IMG/VR virus record: IMGVR_UViG_3300042473_001265
Location: 248,001 to 312,000 of that record
Length of the DNA: 64,000 nt
Strand: one strand, 5' to 3'
Numbering within the stretch: the first letter of the stretch is position 1; every line of letters starts with the position of its first letter. Under the pieces are notes generated by a model. That model worked only from the letters and a program-made list of their open reading frames with translations, ran no database searches and had not been told where the DNA came from. Position numbers and translations under genes: made by a program. Of the stretch, positions 17,356-27,438 are shown one piece after another.

Positions 17356-18816
17356 ATGAAAACAGCCACAATCATAATTCGAGACGAAGTCAATATCAAG
17401 ATTGAAGGCCTAGACGCCGACGTTCGTCGTGCGTTGGTCACGGCTTTTAAATATGATGTGCCTGGTGCCAGATATTTGCCCGCAGTGCGCCTGGGCAGAT
17501 GGGATGGCAAGGTCAGTTACTTTCAATTGGGCGGTAGTACCTATGTAAATTTATTGCCGGACATTGTGCCCATACTGGAAAAGTTCAACTATGACATTGA
17601 ACTGGACGATCAGCGCACATACTCAACCACATTTGATTTTGATCATATCAAAGAAGATTCGTTTGCTCACAAAACATGGCCTAAAACACATCCGATAGCA
17701 GGACAACCAGTTGTTCTGCGCGACTACCAGGTTGAGATCATCAATGCTTTCTTGGGCAATCCGCAATGCATCCAAGAAGTGGCCACAGGAGCAGGCAAAA
17801 CACTGATGACAGCAGCGCTGAGTTTGAGCATTGAGCCGTATGGTCGTAGCATTGTTATTGTGCCCAACAAAAGTTTGGTCACACAAACTGAAGCAGACTA
17901 TGTGAATTTAGGCCTGGATGTGGGTGTGTACTTTGGCGACCGTAAAGAACATGGTCGCACACACACGATATGCACTTGGCAAAGTTTAAATGTGTTGATG
18001 AAGAATACCAAAGCTGGTGTAGCAGACATTACCATACAGGACTTCATTGAAGATGTGGTGTGTGTCATGGTTGACGAAGTACACATGGCCAAGGCCGACG
18101 CTCTCAAAACTCTGCTGACCGGAGTCATGTCTAGAGTGCCAATTCGATGGGGCTTGACTGGAACTGTGCCCAAAGAACCATTTGAGTTTCAAGCGCTGAA
18201 GTGTAGTCTAGGTCCAGTTATTAATCAACTCAGTGCCAGCGAACTACAGGATCGTGGTGTGTTGGCGCAGTGTCATGTGAACATTGTGCAGCTGGTCGAT
18301 CATGCAGAATTTTCAAACTATCAAAGTGAGTTGAAGTTTTTATTAGAAGATCCTGATAGACTTGCAGCCATTTCTGGATTGGTAACACAAGTAAATGACA
18401 CTGGGAATACTCTGGTGTTGGTGGATCGTGTGGCAGCTGGCCATGCGCTGGTTGAACTACTGGGAGACCGAGCAGTATTTGTGTCGGGTGCCACCAAAGG
18501 AACTAAAAGGCAGGAAGAATATGACGAAATTGCAACAAGCACTGGCAAGATTATTGTGGCGACTTACGGTGTGGCCGCTGTGGGTATTAATATCCCTAGG
18601 ATTTTTAATTTGGTTCTTGTGGAGCCCGGAAAGAGCTTTGTTCGCGTTATACAAAGTATTGGGCGAGGTATTAGAAAAGCAGAAGACAAGGATCACGTCC
18701 AGATCTGGGATGTGACCAGCACTTGTAAATTTGCCAAGCGTCACTTGACCAAACGAAAAGTATTCTACAGAGATGCCAACTATCCCTTCTCACAGGAAAA
18801 GTTAGAGTGGAAATAA
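17356..18816 (+). CDS. uvsW: UvsW-like superfamily 2 DNA helicase
   Basis: 'LRDYQ', 'ATGAGKT', 'VDEVH', 'GLTGT', 'VGINIPRI', 'QSIGRGIR'. Confidence 0.92.
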   Translation: MKTATIIIRDEVNIKIEGLDADVRRALVTAFKYDVPGARYLPAVRLGRWDGKVSYFQLGGSTYVNLLPDIVPILEKFNYDIELDDQRTYSTTFDFDHIKEDSFAHKTWPKTHPIAGQPVVLRDYQVEIINAFLGNPQCIQEVATGAGKTLMTAALSLSIEPYGRSIVIVPNKSLVTQTEADYVNLGLDVGVYFGDRKEHGRTHTICTWQSLNVLMKNTKAGVADITIQDFIEDVVCVMVDEVHMAKADALKTLLTGVMSRVPIRWGLTGTVPKEPFEFQALKCSLGPVINQLSASELQDRGVLAQCHVNIVQLVDHAEFSNYQSELKFLLEDPDRLAAISGLVTQVNDTGNTLVLVDRVAAGHALVELLGDRAVFVSGATKGTKRQEEYDEIATSTGKIIVATYGVAAVGINIPRIFNLVLVEPGKSFVRVIQSIGRGIRKAEDKDHVQIWDVTSTCKFAKRHLTKRKVFYRDANYPFSQEKLEWK

Positions 18817-18819
18817 AGG

Positions 18820-18847
18820 TTGCGATTTCTAACAAACCTGCTATAAT
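18820..18847 (+). promoter_or_regulatory. Sigma70-like promoter, leaderless arrangement
   Basis: TTGCGA-16 bp-TATAAT (TG extended -10), 6 nt, ATG 18854. Confidence 0.6.
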
Positions 18848-18853
18848 AACAAC

Positions 18854-19357
18854 ATGCGAATTCTACAATTAGACACAAACACATTCTTTGATCTTGATCA
18901 TCTTCCGGAAGAAGTTGATGACATGAGATTTGCTATATTTGACAACAGTGATCCTAGAGATCCCGACTATCATTATATTCCATTGATTTTTCTCGAAAGT
19001 TTCAACGCTCCTGCACTGGTATTAAAAATTGGCGAGCACAAGATACGCATGCCCATGGACTGGCAAGTGTTGATCGGCGAACCGGACGTGGGTGATCTCG
19101 AAGTGTTGCCTTTGACCAGCATCAATGATCGTGGGTTTAAAGTGTTTGAATTCAACCCGCTTAGTAGTTTCCGCCCAAGTTTTCCCACCATTGAGATTGT
19201 GGATGTGTATCATGAAGTGGCATGGTATGCCCCCAAACTAAAAAACGGACAGATGTTGTGTGTTCCTATTTCAGATGGTCCCAAGCCCGAGTGTGTTTAC
19301 TTTGTCAAAGACATCAGCCGCAATTGTGAAATTGTTGACTATTCGCGAGCTTGGTAA
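18854..19357 (+). CDS. Conserved-looking hypothetical protein in the replication block
   Basis: 167 aa ORF with core-like composition, coupled by TAATG to the next gene. Confidence 0.75.
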   Translation: MRILQLDTNTFFDLDHLPEEVDDMRFAIFDNSDPRDPDYHYIPLIFLESFNAPALVLKIGEHKIRMPMDWQVLIGEPDVGDLEVLPLTSINDRGFKVFEFNPLSSFRPSFPTIEIVDVYHEVAWYAPKLKNGQMLCVPISDGPKPECVYFVKDISRNCEIVDYSRAW

Positions 19358-19806
19358 TGAGCGATAAACTAAACATTGGCAACGAGATGCGGCAGTTCGA
19401 TCAAAAGAATCGTGGATTCTATGACGAGTTGACCGATGACGAGCGCAAGAAGTTCTCAACATTTTTAATGCTGCGTTGGGGCAGTGCTGTAGAAGGTTCA
19501 CGAGAACTGCAAGAGTTCTATCTCATTGCCACCAATGAACGACTCAACAAAAACTTTTTTGCAATGGGAAAACATCCCAAACTACAATGGCTCTGTGCAA
19601 CAACAGTTAGTCCAGACATGGGCACACCAAGACACAACTGGATCGCTCCCAAAAAGAAAGAGCCAGGCGCCAGCAGCATTCGTCGACAGTTGGCAGAAAT
19701 ATATCCAGAAATGAAAGATGACGACATTGCTGTGCTGGCATCAATTACCAGCAAAAAACAAATTGACGAGCACCTTAAGTTGATGGGTCAAGAAACTAAA
19801 AAATGA
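19357..19806 (+). CDS. Putative clamp-loader small subunit (T4 gp62-like)
   Basis: Size and pattern 'F..LRW.S...N..LN..FF...KH..LQW......R..WI..KK' recall gp62; replication context. Confidence 0.45.
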   Translation: MSDKLNIGNEMRQFDQKNRGFYDELTDDERKKFSTFLMLRWGSAVEGSRELQEFYLIATNERLNKNFFAMGKHPKLQWLCATTVSPDMGTPRHNWIAPKKKEPGASSIRRQLAEIYPEMKDDDIAVLASITSKKQIDEHLKLMGQETKK

Positions 19807-20477
19807 AATACACCTGTCAGTTTTGTCGTAAAGACTTTGTCAAAGAAACAAGTCTCACTGTGCATAGCTGTGAGCCACGCAGACGCAGACAAGAACGAGC
19901 CGAGCGCGGTGTGGAATTGGGGTTCCAAGCATATATCAAATTCTTTGAAATGACACAAGGCAGTGCCAAATTAAAAACCTATGATGATTTTTGTGAAAGC
20001 CCGTACTACAAAGCATTTGTGAAGTTCGGTCGTTATTGTGTTGATATCCGTGCTGTCAATCCTGCAAGATTTATGGAATGGGTACTGAAACAAAATAAAA
20101 AAATTGATCACTGGTGTCGTGATGTAGTTTACACCGAGTACTTGACTTTTTATCTGCGTGTGGAAAGTGTGACAGATGCCCTGGCCCGAGCAATGGAGTT
20201 TGGCATTGATTGGTCAGAAAAGACCGGCAATCCACCGCATGATTGTTTGCGTTATGGCGGTACCAACGCAATGATCTATGCAGTCACAGCAGGCAGGATC
20301 AGTCCGTGGATAATCTTCAACAGTGAATCTGGACAGAAGTTTTTGAGTGAACTCAATGCTGAACAGATTGCCATAGTGTATCCGTACATAGACGTGGATC
20401 ATTGGCAGAAACGATTTCAAGACTACCCGTCGGATCAAGAGTATGCCAAAGAAATACTAACACAAGCAGGATGGTAA
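19803..20477 (+). CDS. Hypothetical protein with N-terminal C2H2/C2HC-type zinc finger
   Basis: 'YTCQFCRKDFVKETSLTVHSCE'. Confidence 0.7.
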   Translation: MKYTCQFCRKDFVKETSLTVHSCEPRRRRQERAERGVELGFQAYIKFFEMTQGSAKLKTYDDFCESPYYKAFVKFGRYCVDIRAVNPARFMEWVLKQNKKIDHWCRDVVYTEYLTFYLRVESVTDALARAMEFGIDWSEKTGNPPHDCLRYGGTNAMIYAVTAGRISPWIIFNSESGQKFLSELNAEQIAIVYPYIDVDHWQKRFQDYPSDQEYAKEILTQAGW

Positions 20478-20478
20478 C

Positions 20479-20822
20479 ATGATTCATGGAATAATACCCG
20501 GTCCGGGACTAGTGACCACAGGCGGCAGCTCTATGCAGCCGTATATAAGCCCGGGATCTCAGAGTGCTGGAATATTACGGTACAATACAAATTTAAAAAA
20601 TATAGAAGTGTATGACGGTGTCAGCTGGCTGGCCTTGTCCAGCAGCCATACGCAGATAAGTCTTGACGGTCCAACACAGGAAGCTGTCCAGTGGGCACGT
20701 CGTCGAATGGAACAAGAAAAGCGCCTGGAAGAATTGGCCAGACAACATCCTGCTGTGGCTTAGCCACAGTGGCACGGGCACAGGAACAACTGGACATAAT
20801 AACTGCTTTGGTACAACGATGA
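20479..20822 (+). pseudogene. Small hypothetical gene with an apparent frameshift at ~20761
   Basis: Frame 1 stops at TAG 20761-63; frame 3 continues ATVARAQEQLDIITALVQR and ends in TGA overlapping the next ATG (ATGA). Confidence 0.55.
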
Positions 20823-21397
20823 GCGCAGACATTGACATTGACTTTGCTGATCGTAATCAGCTGTTGGAATTGATTCGGCATACACCGGCACGGCAACTGC
20901 ATCAAGGACAGGTACGTCGACACAATTCTGGTGTTTATGTAACAGACATTCCGCTGGACCCTGTGAATCGTTGTGCAGCCATTGATTACGAAACCGCAGA
21001 ACAGCTGGGCTATTTTAAAATTGACCTATTGAACATGAGTGTTTATCAGCTTATCACCAGTCCTGAACACTATGCCACTGCTGTGGCCACGGAGCCTACA
21101 TGGAGCAGACTGTGGCAAGACTCTGCGTGGGCAAAACAACTAGCGCACGTCGGCAACTACACAGACTTGTTAACGGAAATGCAGCCAGATTCGATTCCAC
21201 GAATGGCAGCATTTATCAGTATCATCCGTCCGGGCAAAGCACACTTGCAACGACAGCCCTGGAGCACTGTGTTTGAAACAGTGTGGGACGGTGACGAAAG
21301 CAGAGGCTACACATTTAAAAAAAGCCACGCTGTTAGTTACGCAGCCTTGGTAGCACTACACATGAATCTGCTTACTCCATCCGCCGCACAAGAGTAA
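20819..21397 (+). CDS. Miniature DNA polymerase III alpha (DnaE)-like catalytic domain
   Basis: 'ADIDIDF', 'HNSGV', 'YFKIDLL', 'IIRPG', 'GYTFKKSHAVSYA' in only 192 aa. Confidence 0.75.
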   Translation: MSADIDIDFADRNQLLELIRHTPARQLHQGQVRRHNSGVYVTDIPLDPVNRCAAIDYETAEQLGYFKIDLLNMSVYQLITSPEHYATAVATEPTWSRLWQDSAWAKQLAHVGNYTDLLTEMQPDSIPRMAAFISIIRPGKAHLQRQPWSTVFETVWDGDESRGYTFKKSHAVSYAALVALHMNLLTPSAAQE

Positions 21398-21749
21398 TAC
21401 TTTTTCTTTTGCCCTTCTTCAGTGCAATGTCTGCAAGACTACACACAGGTCCGTGCAAGATTTCTAGGTCTTTGTTGGCAAATGTGCGCAGGCAAGGCTT
21501 GAACATTTCCCAGTCTTTTTTCAGAAAAATGTTGATGGGAATGCTGCGATTGCTTTCCCACCACCATATATTGGCCAACTCCAAAAACTTCTGTTTCATT
21601 GCAGAATCGTGTATGCTGCCAAAGTCGTATATGGTAGTGATTGCGGCATCTTGATTCTGAACGATCCCCACATATTCCGTAGATGAATACACGCACAGCG
21701 TGATAAACGGATACTGTTCAGTTAGTTTTGTAAAGATATCGTTGCCCAT
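21372..21749 (-). CDS. Hypothetical protein (late)
   Basis: 125 aa; TATAAATA 5 nt upstream of the ATG. Confidence 0.75.
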   Translation of the reverse strand: MGNDIFTKLTEQYPFITLCVYSSTEYVGIVQNQDAAITTIYDFGSIHDSAMKQKFLELANIWWWESNRSIPINIFLKKDWEMFKPCLRTFANKDLEILHGPVCSLADIALKKGKRKSITLVRRME

Positions 21750-21754
21750 CTGGA

Positions 21755-21820
21755 TATTTATACACTAGCATTTTGGTCGATTCCAAAGAGTCTTCGTTTG
21801 CTATTTGTTGGCGCTAAATA
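21755..21820. promoter_or_regulatory. Divergent TAAATA late-promoter-like motifs
   Basis: Minus TATAAATA 21762-21755; plus TAAATA 21815-21820, 6 nt before ATG 21827. Confidence 0.65.
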
Positions 21821-21826
21821 CATCAT

Positions 21827-22939
21827 ATGTATTCAACCACTGTATACCTTTACCAGCAAGTAATTAGAGTTCTAACTCCTGACACCAGTGGTGCTTATTT
21901 CAATCTGAGGTACGATCCTGTGTATGCTAAAAAACTAACAATTAACAAAGGTGTTGACAATGTGGTGTTGTTTGAATTCATCAATCAAGATGAAAAACCT
22001 GTAAACATCACCGGCAGCGCACTGACATTCAGAATTGTCAGTCAAAACGGCGCAGAAGTACTGGCACAAAAAGACATGGTCATTATCAATGCTGCTTATG
22101 GTCGTGCCAAAGTAACACTGACTCCAGCTGATCTGGATGTTGTACAGGCACAGCCAGCAGGCTACAGTATTGTGCGAGCCAGTGGCAATCTAACAGAAGC
22201 AGTGTTTACTGATGCTCAAGCTGGCGCTAGAGCACCAGTTGACATTGTAGACAGCGTATATCCAGAGTTTGTGCCCAGTGTTGAATTAACAATTCCCACT
22301 GTTAATCTGTCAGCGCAGACCAGTTATGGTGGCAGCAGTGGATCACAATATCCAGATTGGGCCCTGCAGGCCGGTCAATTCATCGGATCAACCACACCGT
22401 ATCAGAGCACTGAATATTTCAGCAGTCAGATTGAACCCATGGGCCCAGTGACCAGCATACAGATGGACCTGATTGGCTACACCGGCACTATCAAAGCACA
22501 GGCAGCAGAAACATATCAAAGCATCTGGTACAATGTGACACCGTCTACACAGTACTTGAATGCAACCGAAACTATTCATATGACAGTGATTGGATGGCAT
22601 CCCTTGTTGCGCCTGTGTTTCAACAACAGTGTGACCACCACTGGCATCAACGGAACAAACTTTGGAGTGGCAGCCACAGCCAATGCTGTGGTAACTGACG
22701 GAGTTGTCACCAGTGTATCTATTACCAACCCTGGATTCGGCTACCAAGCTCCACCGCTGATTACATTTGTGGGCAATGGTGCAGGCGCCACTGCAACATC
22801 CACCATCGGAGAAAATGGCATTGTGACTGATATCAATTTGGTGTCAGGCGGCTCAGGATATCGTCCAAATCCCTACACCATGCTGTCAATTGCTGTGATA
22901 GTGTCCACTGGGTATGTGGAAAATATAAAATACCGTTAA
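21827..22939 (+). CDS. Virion structural protein (baseplate/tail-like)
   Basis: N-terminal BppU-like 'LTINKGVDN...F...DEKPVNIT'; C-terminal 'GVVTSVSITNPGFGY...NLVSGGSGY' repeats; late motif. Confidence 0.6.
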   Translation: MYSTTVYLYQQVIRVLTPDTSGAYFNLRYDPVYAKKLTINKGVDNVVLFEFINQDEKPVNITGSALTFRIVSQNGAEVLAQKDMVIINAAYGRAKVTLTPADLDVVQAQPAGYSIVRASGNLTEAVFTDAQAGARAPVDIVDSVYPEFVPSVELTIPTVNLSAQTSYGGSSGSQYPDWALQAGQFIGSTTPYQSTEYFSSQIEPMGPVTSIQMDLIGYTGTIKAQAAETYQSIWYNVTPSTQYLNATETIHMTVIGWHPLLRLCFNNSVTTTGINGTNFGVAATANAVVTDGVVTSVSITNPGFGYQAPPLITFVGNGAGATATSTIGENGIVTDINLVSGGSGYRPNPYTMLSIAVIVSTGYVENIKYR

Positions 22940-22950
22940 ACCAAAACAAG

Positions 22951-22979
22951 TTGATTGTTGCAGTAAAACATGTTATAAT
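22951..22979 (+). promoter_or_regulatory. Sigma70-like promoter, leaderless arrangement
   Basis: TTGATT-17 bp-TATAAT, 6 nt, ATG 22986. Confidence 0.65.
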
Positions 22980-22985
22980 ACTAAC

Positions 22986-23978
22986 ATGATTGATGTGTTG
23001 GCATTTTTACCTGCAAAAAGAAAACAGTCTAGTTCTGGATGGCTCAGTTTCAATGCACCCTGTTGCGTACACAACGGCAACACACCAGATCGCAGAAGCA
23101 GAGGCGGCATTAAACTTTCCGAACAAGGCTGGAGTTATCACTGCTTCAACTGTGGATACACTGCAAGTTTCATACTGGGACGCAATATCAGTTTCAAAGC
23201 ACGTCGACTGCTTGAATGGTTAGGCGTTCCAGAAAACGACATCAATCAAATCAATCTTGAAAGCATGCGCCATCGCAGCATGGAAGGCATGCTGGAGGAT
23301 CGTCAGCGTGTGTGGAACCAGTTGGCACCAATAGAATTCAAAGAAGCAGATCTTCCTGATTTTGTAGATTTTGTAACACCCGATACTCCTAAAGAATGGG
23401 CATACCTACAAAGCAGACATGTGCCAGAAGATTATCCTGTAATGGTAGTACAGCCGGGTTTCAGGGAAGGTGTTGTAGTGCCATTCACATACAACAACCG
23501 AGTTGTAGGCAGTACAATACGATTTTTAGACAATCGTAATCCACGCTACATCAATGACATGCCCCGGGGCTATGTGTTTGGCATGGATCTACAGCAAACA
23601 GGATGGCAACATGTGATTGTGACCGAAGGCATCTTTGATGCGTTATGCATTGGTGGGCTGGCAGTGATGCACAATGAGATAAGTGACGAGCAGGTAAGAT
23701 TGATACGCAGTTTAGGTCGCGATGTCACAGTGGTGCCGGATCAAGATTCAGCAGGACTTGCACTGATAGACCGTGCAGTAGAGTTGGGGTGGGCAGTGAG
23801 TATTCCTGATTGGCCAGACCAAGTAAAAGACGTCAATGACGCTGTGAAACTGTGGGGAAAGCTGCCAACCTTGCTAACTATACTGCAATCAAGAGAGACA
23901 AGTAAGATAAAAATTGAGTTGCGGAAACGACAACTTGAAAAGAAAATCAACAGACCAAGAGAACTACTAGATGCTTAA
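22986..23978 (+). CDS. DNA primase (gp61-like)
   Basis: Zn domain 'CCVH...YHCFNCG', TOPRIM 'IVTEGIFDAL', 'VVPDQD', 'KDVND'. Confidence 0.9.
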   Translation: MIDVLAFLPAKRKQSSSGWLSFNAPCCVHNGNTPDRRSRGGIKLSEQGWSYHCFNCGYTASFILGRNISFKARRLLEWLGVPENDINQINLESMRHRSMEGMLEDRQRVWNQLAPIEFKEADLPDFVDFVTPDTPKEWAYLQSRHVPEDYPVMVVQPGFREGVVVPFTYNNRVVGSTIRFLDNRNPRYINDMPRGYVFGMDLQQTGWQHVIVTEGIFDALCIGGLAVMHNEISDEQVRLIRSLGRDVTVVPDQDSAGLALIDRAVELGWAVSIPDWPDQVKDVNDAVKLWGKLPTLLTILQSRETSKIKIELRKRQLEKKINRPRELLDA

Positions 23979-25380
23979 AGAATACGGATTAGATGTACAG
24001 AGATTGTTTCTGGAAATGATGCTGGAAGATGCTGCCAGCTATGTGCGGGTACAGAACATTTATAATCCGGCCAACTTTGATCGCAGTCTAAGACCAGCAG
24101 CAGAGTTCATCAAAGAGCATTCTGAAAAACACAAGACCTTGCCGGATCGCACACAAATCTCGGCCACAACCGGAGTTAAACTGGCCGCAGTGCCAGACCT
24201 GAACGAAGGACACTACGAGTGGTTCATGACTGAGTTTGAAGCGTTTACTAGACGTCAAGAACTTGAGCGGGCCATTTTAAAAAGTGCTGACCTATTGGAA
24301 AAAGGCGAGTATGATCCTGTAGAAAAACTGATCAAAGATGCAGTACAGATCAGTCTAACAAAAGACATGGGCACTGATTACTTTGCTGATCCTGCTGCTC
24401 GAATTAATCGATACTTCAATTCAGGTGGACAAGTAAGCACAGGTTGGCCACAAGTGGACAAGTTGTTGTATGGTGGATTCAGTCGTGGCGAACTGAACAT
24501 TTTTGCCGGTGGCTCAGGATCAGGCAAAAGTTTGGTAATGATGAACATTGCATTGAACTGGTTACAGCAAGGACTTTCGGGTGTGTATATCAGTCTTGAA
24601 TTGAGTGAAGAACTTACCAGTTTGAGAACTGACGCCATGTTGACCAACATGAGTACCAAGGACATTCGCAAGGATATTGATACAGCAACATTAAAAGTCA
24701 AAATGACTGGTAAGAAGTTTGGTCAGTATCGCGTCAAGGCCTTGCCGGCACAGAGCAACATCAACGACATTAGAAGTTACATCAAAGAAGTACAGATACA
24801 AACTGGTATCCGTGTGGATTTTATCATGTGCGACTATCTGGACCTGCTGATGCCGGTCAGTGCCAAAGTCAGTCCCAACGACTTGTTTGTCAAAGACAAG
24901 TATGTGAGTGAAGAACTGCGCAACCTGGCCAAAGAATTGAATGTGTTGTTTGTAACAGCATCGCAGTTGAATCGATCGGCTGTGGAAGAAATTGAATTTG
25001 ATCACAGTCACATATCCGGTGGTATCTCAAAGATCAACACAGCAGACAATGTGTTTGGTATCTTTACCAGTCGTGCCATGAAAGAACGCGGCAAGTATCA
25101 GATACAGTGTATGAAAAGTCGCAGCAGTACCGGTGTTGGACAAAAGGTCGATCTAGAGTACAACATTGACACCATGCGCATCACAGACAACGGCGGTGAT
25201 GATGACAACAGCAGCGGATCCGTTAAAAAGCCCAGCATTTACGACAGCATCAAGCCGCAAAGTCGCATCAACAATCCAACAGAAAAGATTGACAGCGACA
25301 CAGGCGAAATAAGCAAAATCACAGCAGATGTACAAAGTGCTAAACTAAAACAATTACTTGGACAAATCAAGCAGGCATGA
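23971..25380 (+). CDS. Replicative DnaB-like helicase (gp41-like)
   Basis: 'STGWPQVDKLLYGG', 'GGSGSGKS', 'ISLEL', 'DYLDL', 'TASQLNR', 'MKSR'. Confidence 0.93.
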   Translation: MLKEYGLDVQRLFLEMMLEDAASYVRVQNIYNPANFDRSLRPAAEFIKEHSEKHKTLPDRTQISATTGVKLAAVPDLNEGHYEWFMTEFEAFTRRQELERAILKSADLLEKGEYDPVEKLIKDAVQISLTKDMGTDYFADPAARINRYFNSGGQVSTGWPQVDKLLYGGFSRGELNIFAGGSGSGKSLVMMNIALNWLQQGLSGVYISLELSEELTSLRTDAMLTNMSTKDIRKDIDTATLKVKMTGKKFGQYRVKALPAQSNINDIRSYIKEVQIQTGIRVDFIMCDYLDLLMPVSAKVSPNDLFVKDKYVSEELRNLAKELNVLFVTASQLNRSAVEEIEFDHSHISGGISKINTADNVFGIFTSRAMKERGKYQIQCMKSRSSTGVGQKVDLEYNIDTMRITDNGGDDDNSSGSVKKPSIYDSIKPQSRINNPTEKIDSDTGEISKITADVQSAKLKQLLGQIKQA

Positions 25381-25871
25381 CCATTGACCATAATTTCTGG
25401 AGAGATCAGCAATTAAACGGATTTAAAAATCTCACTGGCACATGCACAATATTAGAGCAAGAATCGGTGATGTTAAATTTTGTAAAAACATGCACTGATG
25501 TGGTATGGCGGTGGGCAGCACCAGACACTAAATTTAAAAAAATATGTCAAGAGCATATTACGATCAACAACGACAAGTACAACGGTGTGATAATATTTGG
25601 TCCAGTACTGGAACAACAAACCACACAGTCATTGGTAAATACCATACAACAATTAACAAGTGAATGCGAATATGCTTATGTAGCAATCAATCGTTATGAA
25701 GTTGTACAGCATGATTTAAATATTACATTGTTCAATGAGATTAACGATAGTTTAGACACTATTATGCATCACTGCAATAATAAATTTAAAAGATTGCACA
25801 CTTTTGATCAAGTCGACGGGAATCATATGGTCGCTGCACATCCAATGGACTGTTACGGATTATGCAAATAG
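25377..25871 (+). CDS. Hypothetical protein (AT-rich cassette)
   Basis: 164 aa, ATGA-coupled to the helicase. Confidence 0.65.
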   Translation: MTIDHNFWRDQQLNGFKNLTGTCTILEQESVMLNFVKTCTDVVWRWAAPDTKFKKICQEHITINNDKYNGVIIFGPVLEQQTTQSLVNTIQQLTSECEYAYVAINRYEVVQHDLNITLFNEINDSLDTIMHHCNNKFKRLHTFDQVDGNHMVAAHPMDCYGLCK

Positions 25872-26413
25872 TACCTGGTTATAGCACAGACTTTGGACCA
25901 ATTCGTCTGATTCAGCAATTCAGATTATATCATTTGTCTCGCCCGGCTGTTAAAAAATGGCGTGCGACTCGTTACGGAATTCCGTATAAACTTGATTTTA
26001 CTGATCGATGGATTCTGGACAATTTAAAAAATAATAAACTGGTAGCAGTTGATTGCGCCGGCTGGTATTTTCAAGAGTTTGATATCAACACAACTTGTTT
26101 AGAAAGTGATATGTTATCTAAACAATACTTTCCCGGGTGCTATGTTGAGCCTGATATTCTTACGCATCGCCCAACCTACATTCCAACAGATGAAACGATA
26201 GTTTTTAAATTTCCTTGGTTTTTAAAATATGCAACTTTAACTCAATTTGTAAATTTTTTAAACGTGTGGGTCAAATCTGTTACTGTAATAAATTTTTATC
26301 CTATTTTTATTCAACATAATCATTTGAAATTTACTTTAGACTCATTGGTGAAAGAACAAGTTAGTTTTGACATAAAGATTGTTAATCCAACTCTGTGGGT
26401 GGTCTCGCCATGA
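25862..26413 (+). CDS. Hypothetical protein (AT-rich cassette)
   Basis: 183 aa, overlapping neighbours. Confidence 0.65.
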   Translation: MQIVPGYSTDFGPIRLIQQFRLYHLSRPAVKKWRATRYGIPYKLDFTDRWILDNLKNNKLVAVDCAGWYFQEFDINTTCLESDMLSKQYFPGCYVEPDILTHRPTYIPTDETIVFKFPWFLKYATLTQFVNFLNVWVKSVTVINFYPIFIQHNHLKFTLDSLVKEQVSFDIKIVNPTLWVVSP

Positions 26414-27438
26414 CTCGGTGTGTGTTAATACAACACGGATTGACGGTTAGTCATGACGGTAGTAGATTTGGAACATGTTGTTACAATCAAACAGACCCCG
26501 CAACATATACATCTGACAGTGTTGACCCAGTTGGTTGCCGTGCTTGTATAGATCAGGAAAATAATAATATATTTTCCTATCGGCAAGGAGCCAATCAGAT
26601 ATACGGGCTAGAACACAATCATTCGTTGCCTATAGTAGTGGATGTATATCCTAATAGAAATTGTGATCTAGCTTGTAAAATCTGTGGATCTCATTCTAGC
26701 TCTACCTGGGCAAAACTTGAAAATGTTAAAATCAATTCAAATTTTAACATGAATTTTTCAGATTTTAAAACTAAATTTAATAAAATTGACCTATCACAGG
26801 TGCAAGAAATTAATTTTTCAGGTGGCGAGCCGTTTTTAAACAATAATGTTAAACAGTACATAGAACAATTGTCGGACCGATGTGATTTTTCTAAAATAAC
26901 TTTACGACTTAGTACAAACGGATCACACAAACTAAATTCAAAACTAATAGATTTTTTCCTACAGTTTGCTTTAGTAAGGGTTCGATTTAGTTTAGATGAT
27001 ATCGGTACAGGACATGAATATCAACGTTGGCCATCGCGGTGGAACCAATGGGAAACCAACTGGAAGATTTTTTTAGAAGATATGCCACATACGGTCATGC
27101 CTGCTATAAATCGTACAATTGGATTACTTAATATTAATCGTTTGCACCTACTAGATAAATGGCACCAGCAACATCTGACTAGTAAATTTGGTGACCCTAT
27201 TGAATTAATAGATCACTACGTATCTGGATCATACAGTCTTGACAACTTGCCAATGGCACTGAAAGAACACATTGGTCAACATCGGGAAGTTTACAGTCGG
27301 GCATGGGCTGCTGTTAAAAATAGGTCAACTATTACGGATCTCACCAATTTAAGACAAACAATTGTAAAACACGATCAGTTGCATAACACCTCGTTAAAAG
27401 AATTCAATCCAGATCTTTATAACATTATATTTTCATGA
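26410..27438 (+). CDS. Radical SAM protein with N-terminal Cys-rich (twitch/SPASM-like) segment
   Basis: 'NCDLACKICGSHSSSTW' CxxxCxxC, 'NFSGGEPF', 'STNG', 'FSLDD.G..HEYQRWPS.W'; N-terminal C..CC...C..C. Confidence 0.9.
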   Translation: MTRCVLIQHGLTVSHDGSRFGTCCYNQTDPATYTSDSVDPVGCRACIDQENNNIFSYRQGANQIYGLEHNHSLPIVVDVYPNRNCDLACKICGSHSSSTWAKLENVKINSNFNMNFSDFKTKFNKIDLSQVQEINFSGGEPFLNNNVKQYIEQLSDRCDFSKITLRLSTNGSHKLNSKLIDFFLQFALVRVRFSLDDIGTGHEYQRWPSRWNQWETNWKIFLEDMPHTVMPAINRTIGLLNINRLHLLDKWHQQHLTSKFGDPIELIDHYVSGSYSLDNLPMALKEHIGQHREVYSRAWAAVKNRSTITDLTNLRQTIVKHDQLHNTSLKEFNPDLYNIIFS

